Assembly: GCA_016201015.1 (NCBI GenBank)
Contig: JACQDQ010000167.1
Location: 1 to 41,535 of the forward strand
Direction of reading: 5' to 3'
DNA: 41,535 nt
Origin: Pseudomonadota bacterium
GTDB lineage: Bacteria; Pseudomonadota; Alphaproteobacteria; CACIAM-22H2
In this document: positions 18,887 to 27,430 of the stretch, piece after piece
How positions within the stretch are numbered: position 1 is the stretch's first letter
How the letters are laid out: every line of letters starts with the position of its first letter
Notes under the pieces: generated by a model
Databases searched by the model: none
Seen by the model: only the letters and a program-made list of their open reading frames with translations
Told to the model about the DNA's origin: nothing
Translations under genes and position numbers: made by a program

Positions 18887-20944
18887 CTAGCTGCGTTCGG
18901 CGAGCGTGATGACGATGTGGCCCCAGCGGCTGATGGCCGCGCGGTCGCCGGGGTGGATGAGCGTGGTCGAGCCGGCCTCCTCGATGACCGCGGGGCCGAC
19001 GATCTCGGTGCCGGCGGCGAGCGCCGGCCGCCACAGCACGCGCGCCTCGATCGGGCCGACGCCATCGTCGAACACCACGCGGCGGCGCTGCTCCTCGGCG
19101 GCGGCTGTCGGCGTCCAGGATTGCGACAGCCAGTCGCCGATCGTGTCATCCATGCGCGGCACGGTGACGACCAGGCGAAGATTGACGATCTCGATCGACT
19201 GATCCGGCGCCGCATGGCCATAGCGCCGATCGTGCTGTTCATTGAAGCGCGCGCGGCTCACGGCGGTGGCCGAGGTCAAATCCTCGGGCCGACCGATGCG
19301 GATGGCGATGGTGTGCTCCTGGCCGCGATAGCGCAGATCGGCGGCATACTCGAATTTGCCGCTGGTCGCGGCGAAGCGGTCGCGCATCAGGGCTTGCTCG
19401 CCGGCGGCCCACAACTCGGCGAAGGCGTGCTCGGCATCGAGTGGCCGGATGCGGCCGAGTTGGCCGAACAGCGTGCGCACGAAATCCTTCCGCCATTCCG
19501 CCATCAGCATGCCGAGCGCGGAAAAATTGCCCGGCAGCTTCGGCACGATTACGGTCGGCACATAGATCTCGCGGGCGATGGCCGTCGCGTGCAGTGGCCC
19601 GGCGCCGCCGAACGCGATCATGACGGTGTCGCGTGGATCGATGCCGCGATTGACCGACACCGCGCGCACCGCCAGCGACATCGCCGTGTCGGCGATGCGG
19701 ACGATGCCCAGCGCCGCCTCGGTCAACTCGAGGCCTAGCGGCTCTGCGACCTTGCGGCTTATGGCAGCCTCGGCGAGCGCAGTGTCGAGGCGCATGTCGC
19801 CGCCCAGGAAACGTTCGCCATTCAGGCGCCCAAGCACGAGGTCGGCGTCGGTGACGACGGGGTCCTCGGCGCCGCGGCCGTAACACGCCGGCCCCGGTTC
19901 GGCGCCGGCGCTGGTCGGGCCGACATGCAGACCGCCACCCTGGTCGCACCAGGCGATCGAGCCACCGCCGGCACCGACCTCGACGATATCGATCACCGGC
20001 AACTGCATCGGCTGGCCGGTGAACTCGTCGCCGATCAGGTAGCCTTCCTCGATCGGCGGCACGCCGTCGATGATGAAGCTCGTCTTGGCGGTGGTGCCAC
20101 CCATGTCGAAACCGATTGCGCGGTCGATGCCCATCAGGCGCGCCAGCCGGCCGGCGCCGATCATGCCGGCCACCGGGCCGGACTCCATCATGGCAACCGG
20201 CTCGCGGCGGGCCTGGTCGATCGACATGGTGCCGCCGTTCGAACGCATGATCTGGATCTTGCCGCCGAAGCGCGCCTGGCGGGCGAAGCCCTCCAGCCGC
20301 CCGAGATAGCGGTTGACGCGCGGGCCGACAAAGGCATTGAGCGTGGTCGTCGACGTGCGCTCGTATTCGCGGAACTCGCGCAGGATTTCGTGACTGAGCG
20401 TCACGAACAGATCGGGCAGGCGGCGCCGCAGGATCGCCCCGGCCGCGGCCTCATGCGCCGGGTCGGCGTAGGCGTGCAAAAAACAAAGGGCGACGGCCTC
20501 GATCCTAAGCGCCGCCAGCCGTTAGGCCAGCGCCTCGACTTGAGCCGGATCGATCGGTACCAGCTCCTCGCCGCGCGCCGACATCCGCTCGGCTACCTCG
20601 AAGGTAAGGTCGCGCGGCACCAGCGGGCGCGTGCGGTGGAAGAACAGGTTGAACGCGTCGGGACGGTTGCCGCGACCAATGGCGTAGACATCGCGGAATC
20701 CCGCGGTCGTAACAAGCGCGGTGCGCGCGCCCTTGCGCTCGAGCACCGTGTTGATGGCAATCGTCGAGCCGTGCAGCAACTCGTCGATCGCCGCGACATC
20801 GCAGCCGGCGAGGCGCAGACTCTCGGCCGCACCCTCGGTCGGATCGCTGGGCACGGTCGAGGTCTTGGCGGTGACGACGCGGCCGTTCTCATAGCCGACG
20901 AGATCGGTGAAGGTGCCGCCGATATCGATACCGACGATGTTCAA
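18887..20944 (-). pseudogene. Hydantoinase A / oxoprolinase ATP-binding subunit interrupted by an in-frame TAA at 20522-20524
   Basis: TTG start at 20944 after GGAGGAG; 'GIDIGGTFTD', 'HGSTIAINT'. ORFs 20522..20944 and 18887..20479 share a frame and read VEALA*RLAALRIEAVALCFLHAYADP across the stop; later 'ESGPVAG', 'DMGGTT', 'VGAGGGSIAW', 'FGGAGPLH'. Confidence 0.85.
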
Positions 20945-20957
20945 GAACTCCTCCGCA

Positions 20958-21758
20958 TCATTGCTTCCAGCGCGTGAACCGCAGCTCGACCCGGCGCACC
21001 AGCTCGTTAATCGCGACCGCCATCAGAGCGAGCGTGGCAATCAGCGCGAAGAGCGGCGCCGGATTGAAGGTCTCGGCGTAAACCTGGGTGAAGTAGCCGA
21101 TGCCGCCGGTCGAGACGAATAGCTCGGCCAGCAGCACGCCGAGCAAGGTCATCGTCATCGCCAGGCGCAGCCCAGCGAACACCGTGGCGACCATGTGCGG
21201 GAACACGACGTAGCGGATCACCTGGAGGCGCGAGGCGCCCATCGATTCCGCTCCCCGCACCAGCAGCGGGCTAACATTGCGCATCCCGGCGATGGTGTTG
21301 ACGATGATCGGGAACACGCCGTGGCTGACGCCGAAGGCGATCTTGCCAGCCGGCCCCAGCCCGAAAATGAGCACGACCAGCGGCAGCAGCACGACCTGCG
21401 GGATCGCGTAAAGGAACAGCACTATCGGGAAAAGCCCGCGGCGGCCGATTTCTCCGATCCCGACCAAAAGCCCGAGGGCGATGCCGAGCGCGACGGACAT
21501 CAAGAAAGCAACGCCCAGCTCGACGAAGGTCAGCAGCACTGCGCTCCGAACCTTAGGATCTCCGAATACCGTCGGACCAAGCGCGCCGATCACGTCGGTG
21601 GGTGGCGCCACCATGCCGGCGCGCCCGAACAGCCGAGCATAGACTTCCCACAGCACGAGCAGGCCGAGGACGAGCAGCACACGGGTCGACGCTACGCCGA
21701 GCCGCTGCTCGTTCGGCATGGCGGCGGCGGCGAACCGCGAGGTATCGATCGTGGCCAT
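20958..21758 (-). CDS. NitT/TauT-family ABC transporter permease
   Basis: Hydrophobic helices; 'GAESMGASRLQVIRYVVFP', 'AELFVSTGGIG'. Confidence 0.9.
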   Translation of the reverse strand: MATIDTSRFAAAAMPNEQRLGVASTRVLLVLGLLVLWEVYARLFGRAGMVAPPTDVIGALGPTVFGDPKVRSAVLLTFVELGVAFLMSVALGIALGLLVGIGEIGRRGLFPIVLFLYAIPQVVLLPLVVLIFGLGPAGKIAFGVSHGVFPIIVNTIAGMRNVSPLLVRGAESMGASRLQVIRYVVFPHMVATVFAGLRLAMTMTLLGVLLAELFVSTGGIGYFTQVYAETFNPAPLFALIATLALMAVAINELVRRVELRFTRWKQ

Positions 21759-21762
21759 GTCG

Positions 21763-22518
21763 TCAGTCCCGCCTCGTCCGCGATTCGGCGGCCAAGACGA
21801 CGATGTTCAAGATCATCGTCGCCAGCACGACGAAACCAATCCAGGCGAACATCCGTGCCGTCTCCATGAGCTCGCCTGACAGCGCAATCGCGCGGCCGAT
21901 ACCGGCGGCGGAGGAAATCGTCTCGCCGCCAAGCACGGCGGCGAAGCTGATGAAGAAGCCGATCCTCAGGCCCGTCAGCACTACCGGCATCGCCGCCGGC
22001 AGATAGACATGGCGGAACAACTGGTACCGGCTGGCGCCCATGGCCTTCGCCGCGCGCAGGAAATGCGCATCGACATTGGAGAAGCCGGCGATCGTGTTGA
22101 GCGCGATCGGAAAGAAGCCGTAAGCGGCGCCATAGGCGACCTTGGAGTCCGGACCGATCCCGAAGAACAGGATGAACAGCGGGAAGAATAGGGTGATCGG
22201 GATAGCGAACATCCCCGACAGCACCGGCTCAAGCAGCCGCACCAGCCGCTCGGAGCGGCCAACCAGGAAGCCGACCGCAATGCCGAAGATCGCGGCGATG
22301 GCGAAGGCCTTGGCGATAGTTGGAATCGTCACCAGCGCCGCGGCGTAGAGTCGTCCCGATGCGGCAAGCCCGACCATCTCGCTCCACACCCGCGGCAGGC
22401 GCGGCAGGAACAGGCTGGTGATCTGGCTGCCCTCGGTGACGACATACCAGACGCTGAACAGGACCGCCAAAAAGGCGGTCTGCATCGACAGGGCGCCGAG
22501 TCGTTCGCGGCCGCTCAT
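21763..22518 (-). CDS. NitT/TauT-family ABC transporter permease
   Basis: 'AAKAMGASRYQLFRHVYLPAA', 'GETISSAAGIG'; ATG at 22518 preferred over 22572. Confidence 0.9.
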   Translation of the reverse strand: MSGRERLGALSMQTAFLAVLFSVWYVVTEGSQITSLFLPRLPRVWSEMVGLAASGRLYAAALVTIPTIAKAFAIAAIFGIAVGFLVGRSERLVRLLEPVLSGMFAIPITLFFPLFILFFGIGPDSKVAYGAAYGFFPIALNTIAGFSNVDAHFLRAAKAMGASRYQLFRHVYLPAAMPVVLTGLRIGFFISFAAVLGGETISSAAGIGRAIALSGELMETARMFAWIGFVVLATMILNIVVLAAESRTRRD

Positions 22519-22531
22519 GATGCCCAGCCTC

Positions 22532-23389
22532 TCATGGCCGCGCGCCATCGCGTGCTTCGCGCATAGCCGCAACGGTCTGGCGAATTTCGTCGCGCAGCAA
22601 CGCGAACAGATCGTTGCGGATGGTCGAGAATTGCGGTGCCAGCATGAAGTCGGGCGAGCGCGGATGCGGCGCGGGCACGTCGATGATTGCCTTGACGCGG
22701 CCGGGCCGGGCCGTCATCACGACGATGCGGCCGGCGAGGAATACCGCCTCGGCCAGCGAGTGGGTGACGAACACGATCGTCCGGCCGGTGCGCGCCAGCA
22801 GCACCGACAAATCCTCGCCCAACACCATCCGCGTCTGTTCGTCGAGGGCGGCGAAAGGCTCGTCCATCAATATGATGTCGGTCTCGACGCAGAGGCCGCG
22901 CGCCAAATTGATGCGCTGCTTCATGCCGACCGAAAGCTGACTGGGATAGTGCTCGGCGAAATTCTCCATGCCGACCGCGCGCAACGCCGCCATCGCACGA
23001 TCGCGCCACCCCCCGCCTTCGACGCCTTGAAACTTCAGGGCGATGCGGAAATTCTCCAGCACCGTGTACCAGGGAAACAGCGTGCTTTCCTGGAACACGA
23101 AGGCGATCTCGCGCGGCCGCGCTCCGTTTACAGTGTTCCGGCCGATGCGCACCGATCCCGCGCTCGGCGCGATCAGGCCGCCGACGATGTTGAGCAGCGT
23201 GCTCTTGCCGCAACCGGATGGCCCGATCAGGCACACGAACTCGCCGCGGCGGATTTCCAGCGACACGTCGTCGAGAGCGAGCATCGGGTTGGTGCCGCTG
23301 CGTCCGGGGAAGCGCTGGCTCACGCGATCGATCGCGATCGCCACCGCCTGCGTCGGTTGCGCGGCGCCGTTGCGCATGTCGACCGTCAT
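22532..23389 (-). CDS. NitT/TauT-family ABC transporter ATP-binding protein
   Basis: GPSGCGKST; 'YPSQLSVGMKQR'; 'LMDEPFAALD'; 'FVTHS..EA'; 'RPGRV'. Confidence 0.94.
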   Translation of the reverse strand: MTVDMRNGAAQPTQAVAIAIDRVSQRFPGRSGTNPMLALDDVSLEIRRGEFVCLIGPSGCGKSTLLNIVGGLIAPSAGSVRIGRNTVNGARPREIAFVFQESTLFPWYTVLENFRIALKFQGVEGGGWRDRAMAALRAVGMENFAEHYPSQLSVGMKQRINLARGLCVETDIILMDEPFAALDEQTRMVLGEDLSVLLARTGRTIVFVTHSLAEAVFLAGRIVVMTARPGRVKAIIDVPAPHPRSPDFMLAPQFSTIRNDLFALLRDEIRQTVAAMREARDGARP

Positions 23390-23404
23390 CTACCGGCCGG
23401 CGGT

Positions 23405-24379
23405 TCAGAACTTCACCGGAATGAATCGCTCGATATACATGGACTTCGCATCGGGCACGGTGTCCATGATGCCGAGTTCCTTCAGCGAATGCCGGATGAC
23501 CTCGATCGCCGCCGGATTGAAGCGGCCGTCATCGGACATCATCTGCATTTCGGCGGCATAGGTCTTGGCGATCACGCCCTCGCTGAGCTGCATCGTCTTG
23601 GCGACGGATTTCACGGTGAAGTCCTTGTTCGCCTTCATATAGGCCACGGTCTTGAACCAGCCCATGAGGAAGCGCTCGACCAGCGACGGCTGCTTCGCCA
23701 CCAGCTCGTCGCGCGCAAAGATGATGTGCGTGTGGAAATCCTTCACCAGATCGCCGAACACCATCAGCACCTTGGCTTCGCCCTGTTCTTCCAGCTCGTA
23801 GCCGTTGGCGGTCGTCTGGACCGTACCGGCAAGTTCGCCGGTTGCCATCGCCGCAAGACGGGCACGCATCTGTCCCATCGGAATGGCCTCGATGCCCTCG
23901 CTGCCCCAACCCTGCTGGCGCGACAATTCACGGACCAGCCAGTCGGTCAGCGACCCGGCGGTGGTGACGCCGACGCGCTTACCCTTGAGATCGGCGACGG
24001 TCTTGATCTTGCTGTCCTTGGCAACCAGCAGCGCCATGTTTTGCGGCCGGTCCGCCAACGAGGCGACGGCGATGGCCGGCACGCCTTTGGAGCGGTAGCC
24101 CATGCCCGGGCCCGAGCCGAGCCCGAAATCGGTCGAGCCGGCGGCCATACCCTGTTGCAATTGCGCGTCGCCCCTGAACGCAGAAATTTCGAGTTCGAGG
24201 CCGACTGATTCCCAGATTCTGGCGTCGACCCCGACTTCCAAGGTCGAGAACGCGAAGGAGGTCGGCACCGCTTTGCCCACCCTGACCTTGTCGAGGGCCG
24301 AGGCGGCGCCGCTGGCCAGTGCCACGACTGCGGCAGCCGCTGCGGTCGCCGTCACCAATCGCTTCAGCGCTTCAGCCAT
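23405..24379 (-). CDS. NitT/TauT-family ABC transporter substrate-binding protein
   Basis: Signal peptide ending 'AASA'; 'IKTVADLKGKRVGVT..GSLT' (SsuA/TauA/NMT1-like). Confidence 0.9.
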   Translation of the reverse strand: MAEALKRLVTATAAAAAVVALASGAASALDKVRVGKAVPTSFAFSTLEVGVDARIWESVGLELEISAFRGDAQLQQGMAAGSTDFGLGSGPGMGYRSKGVPAIAVASLADRPQNMALLVAKDSKIKTVADLKGKRVGVTTAGSLTDWLVRELSRQQGWGSEGIEAIPMGQMRARLAAMATGELAGTVQTTANGYELEEQGEAKVLMVFGDLVKDFHTHIIFARDELVAKQPSLVERFLMGWFKTVAYMKANKDFTVKSVAKTMQLSEGVIAKTYAAEMQMMSDDGRFNPAAIEVIRHSLKELGIMDTVPDAKSMYIERFIPVKF

Positions 24380-24411
24380 CGGCTCTCCTCCCCTACCATG
24401 GTGTCCGCGAA

Positions 24412-25242
24412 TCAGCTTTTCTTTGCGTCTTCGCTACCCGGCAGCAAGCTGTCCTTCAAGTGGTAGCGGCCCATCGTCTTGCCGCGCAGCTGGTAGAGAT
24501 AGTCCAGAATGTCCTTGTTCGACATGTACTTGCTCATGTCGTAGGTCTCGCGATGGACGATGTCCTCGAGGTCGCGGCGACTGCCCGACGTATGGGTGAT
24601 GTCGGGATAGCCAATCGAGATGATCAGATAGACCTCGATCAGGTCGGGCACGCCAAGCACGCGCTTCAGCGGCTCCTGGATATGCACCGTGCCCCAATGC
24701 GAGCCCAGGCCCAACGAGGCGATCGCGAGTTGCATATGCGTCGACGTATTGGCCAGGCCGTCGGTCAAATGGCTCGCGTGGCGACCGAAGGTCATGGCGC
24801 CGTTCACCGTGCCCCATTGCCGGCGCCCGTCGCCGAGCACGACGATAACGACCGGCGCCTCGTGCCACGGCCGGTTCTTGCTCTCGGTCTTGTGGCGGAT
24901 CTTGTACCAGGCCTCTTCAAGCGTATCGCTTTTCACCTGGAAGGCCGGATGGCGCAGCTCAAAGACGCGCATCTGCTCCATCCAGAAGATGAACTCCATG
25001 TTCGTGTCTTGAAACGCGTCATAGAGTTCCTTCTTCTTCTTGGGATCCTTGATCACCAGGTATTCCCAGGGCTGCGAATTGGCCCCCGACATTGCCCAGC
25101 GCCCGGCCTCCAGGATCTTACCGACATAGTCGTCAGGAATCGGATCGGTCTTGAGGCGGCGCACACTCATCCGCCGCGTCATGATGCGGTGGAGCGCCTC
25201 ATAGTCGCTAAGATCGCCTGCCGCGGCGACATCGTTGGCCAT
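24412..25242 (-). CDS. Nitroreductase-family FMN-binding protein
   Basis: 'RRMSVRR', 'AGRWAMSGANSQPWEY', 'MQLAIASLGLGSHW', 'ISIGYP'; GAGGAGG RBS. Confidence 0.88.
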   Translation of the reverse strand: MANDVAAAGDLSDYEALHRIMTRRMSVRRLKTDPIPDDYVGKILEAGRWAMSGANSQPWEYLVIKDPKKKKELYDAFQDTNMEFIFWMEQMRVFELRHPAFQVKSDTLEEAWYKIRHKTESKNRPWHEAPVVIVVLGDGRRQWGTVNGAMTFGRHASHLTDGLANTSTHMQLAIASLGLGSHWGTVHIQEPLKRVLGVPDLIEVYLIISIGYPDITHTSGSRRDLEDIVHRETYDMSKYMSNKDILDYLYQLRGKTMGRYHLKDSLLPGSEDAKKS

Positions 25243-25333
25243 GATGTTCCCTCCTCAGCGGCCGCGAGGCCGGCCGCATCGTTTGTTCCTTCTCGCTCAA
25301 AAATCTGCCCCGCGGCCAAATATTGCAACGGAT

Positions 25334-25367
25334 CAAAAGACTTTTGGGCTATAGTGTATTGGCTATA
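25334..25367. promoter_or_regulatory. Inverted repeats in the divergent LysR/nitroreductase promoter
   Basis: CAAAAG-A-CTTTTG (25334-25346) and TATAG-N8-CTATA (25350-25367) in an AT-rich intergenic region. Confidence 0.45.
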
Positions 25368-25378
25368 ACTCGAGAAAC

Positions 25379-26290
25379 ATGATGTTTCCGTCGACGCTGC
25401 GCCGGCTCGAGGTGTTCATCGCGGTGGTGGATGCGGGCAGCTTCGCCGCCGCCGCCGAACGACTCGGGATCTCGCAGCCGTCGATCAGCGGCCATGTCGC
25501 CGCCCTCGAACAGCAGATGCAGCAGAAGCTGTTCAACCGCCGCCGCGGGACCTCGCCCGCCTTGACCGAGCAGGGGCGGCGCCTCTACGAGCGTGGCACG
25601 GAGTTGCTTGGCCAGGTCGAGCGCATGACCCAGGAGCTCGGCCTGGATCAGAAGCGTGTGCGATCGAAGCGTCTGGTCATTTCCGTGCAGCGCTTCCTCG
25701 CCAACTATGTCCTTTCCCACCCGCTGGTCGACTTCGCCAAAGAGCATCCGAATATCGAGATGGTGATCGACATCGGGACCTATGAGGACGTCATGGCCGA
25801 CCTGCTCGAAGGGCACGCGGATATCGGCTTCTTTCTGTCACGCGCCGCCGTAGCGGATATGCCGTCCGAATTGGTCGGCGTGCAGGCGCTCGGCTTCTAT
25901 GCCGCGCCGGGCCATTCGCTCGCTGGCCGCGAGGACATAGCGCCGGCGGAGATAGCAGCCGAGGCCTTTGTCGGCGCGCATAAAGGATCGCGCTTCGGGC
26001 AGATGATCGACGAAATCCTGGGCTTCGCCGGCATCGCGAACTATCCAGTGGCGTACCAAGCGAAGGAGGCCGCGATCATCGCCGAACTGGTGAAGGTCGG
26101 GCTTGGGATATCCTGCTCGCTGGCGCTGAGCGTTGCCCACGAGGTGCAAAGCGGGAAACTGATTCGCTTGCCGGTGAGCGTGCCGACCCTGCAGGTCGAA
26201 GTGCGGCAGGCTCTATCGCCGCGCCATCATCCGTCGCAATCGACGCTGCTCTTTGCGAATTATCTGAAGACGAAGAATGTCTTTGCCTGA
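25379..26290 (+). CDS. LysR-family transcriptional regulator
   Basis: HTH 'LRRLEVFIAVVDAGSFAAAAERLGISQPSISGHVAALE', 'LTEQG'; divergent from the long operon. Confidence 0.95.
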   Translation: MMFPSTLRRLEVFIAVVDAGSFAAAAERLGISQPSISGHVAALEQQMQQKLFNRRRGTSPALTEQGRRLYERGTELLGQVERMTQELGLDQKRVRSKRLVISVQRFLANYVLSHPLVDFAKEHPNIEMVIDIGTYEDVMADLLEGHADIGFFLSRAAVADMPSELVGVQALGFYAAPGHSLAGREDIAPAEIAAEAFVGAHKGSRFGQMIDEILGFAGIANYPVAYQAKEAAIIAELVKVGLGISCSLALSVAHEVQSGKLIRLPVSVPTLQVEVRQALSPRHHPSQSTLLFANYLKTKNVFA

Positions 26291-26311
26291 GCCGCAGGTA
26301 GAAGCGGCTCA
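26288..26311. terminator. Hairpin between convergent genes (possible bidirectional terminator or pause)
   Basis: TGAGCCGC-N8-GCGGCTCA; the arms contain the stop codons of both convergent genes; no U-tract. Confidence 0.35.
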
Positions 26312-27196
26312 CCTCCGCGCGCCGCCGACGCTGACCGACTTGCCCGCCGCGTCCTCGCGCCGCGCCAGGAAGGCGGTCAATGCGCCCGTCTCCTGCTTGG
26401 TCCCGGCAACATCCGCCGCCAACCGCTCGTAGAGCCGCGCCACGCCTTCGAAGATCTTCCGCGCCGCCGCATCTTCCCCGGAGAATTCGGCGATCTCCTC
26501 CATTTCCGCCACCCAGCGATAGGCCTTGGGATACATGTCCGGCATGTTGCGCGTGAATCGGGCGAGCAGCTCCGGCTGACTCTCGGCGAGCTCATGGCGG
26601 AGCGCGTCGGCCACGCCGGCGCGCGCCGCCGCCAGCATCATCGCCGCCGCCAATGCGGTGAGGCCCTTGGTGATGCCGGCATAGGACATCTTCAGCGCCG
26701 AAGCCGCGCCGATAGCGCCATCGAGCACGCGCACCTCGATCCCATATGGGACGAGTGCGGCGAAGCGCGCGGCGGCCTCGCCCGAGGCGTAGAATATCGG
26801 CCCCTTGGCGCCGGGTTTGGGTGGTCCGCCGATGATGCCGGCATCGACGAAGGGACAGCCGGACTTGGCCACGACATCGGCGATGAGCGCGACCGTCTTC
26901 GGGCTGACCGCGTTGCAATCGACATAGATCGGTTTGCGCTGAGCGCCGCGCAGCAGGGGAGCGAGCCGTTCGGCGAGCGGCAGAGCCTCGGCCGGCGGCA
27001 CGATCGACAGCACGAAATCGGCAGCCACCGCCTGCTCATCCGCGGCGGCAATCATGCCTGCCGCACCGGCGCGCGTCGTGCTGGCCGCGCTGCGCCCGGA
27101 GAGCGCGGTGCGCACTTCGATCCCGTGATCGACCAGCCGCTTGCCGACGGCGCCGCCCATGCTGCCGGGTGCGATGATCGTGACGACTGGTTTCAT
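26309..27196 (-). CDS. NAD(P)-dependent oxidoreductase, 6-phosphogluconate dehydrogenase-like (DUF1932-type)
   Basis: ATG at 27196 after GGAGG; Rossmann variant 'IIAPGSMG', 'YVDCNAVSP', 'VDAGIIGGPP', 'ASALKMSYAGITKG', 'KAYRWVAEMEEI'. Confidence 0.88.
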   Translation of the reverse strand: MKPVVTIIAPGSMGGAVGKRLVDHGIEVRTALSGRSAASTTRAGAAGMIAAADEQAVAADFVLSIVPPAEALPLAERLAPLLRGAQRKPIYVDCNAVSPKTVALIADVVAKSGCPFVDAGIIGGPPKPGAKGPIFYASGEAAARFAALVPYGIEVRVLDGAIGAASALKMSYAGITKGLTALAAAMMLAAARAGVADALRHELAESQPELLARFTRNMPDMYPKAYRWVAEMEEIAEFSGEDAAARKIFEGVARLYERLAADVAGTKQETGALTAFLARREDAAGKSVSVGGARR

Positions 27197-27311
27197 GAAT
27201 TCCTCCGCTTGAATTTGCATGTCATTCTAGGATGAGAAGCGTCGTCTTGTGAATGACCTCGGCCGACACCACGATATCCGACCGATCGCAGACGATGGAA
27301 TTCTCTGCCGA

Positions 27312-27342
27312 TTGCTCGCGAAAGAAAAGGTGGTATACTGAT
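27312..27342 (+). promoter_or_regulatory. Sigma70-type promoter for the Rieske oxygenase genes, with an overlapping palindromic-core site
   Basis: TTGCTC (27312-27317), 16-nt spacer, TATACT (27334-27339) with an extended -10 TG; overlaps GGTATACTGAT. Confidence 0.5.
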
Positions 27343-27430
27343 GAATGTGGACGGCCCATCGGCAATACCGCAGGCAAGCTCACGGACAGCACCCGCCGCC
27401 GCATCCGGCGGCTAGATCGAGGGAGGTCCC

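Noticed and set aside
17258-19738. Long antisense ORFs (826 aa here; also 5115..6905, 22418..24208, 30829..32343)
   Set aside because: Shadow frames opposite clear high-GC genes; no motifs or RBS; expected from codon bias.
20522-20524. Programmed stop-codon recoding (Sec/Pyl or alternative genetic code)
   Set aside because: The codon is TAA, not TGA or TAG; the position is non-catalytic; TAA ends another gene in the window (PhyH).
22920-22945. Inactivating change in the ABC signature (LSVGM instead of LSGGM)
   Set aside because: Walker A/B and the H-loop are intact, and signature variants occur in NitT/TauT ATPases; not enough to call a lesion.
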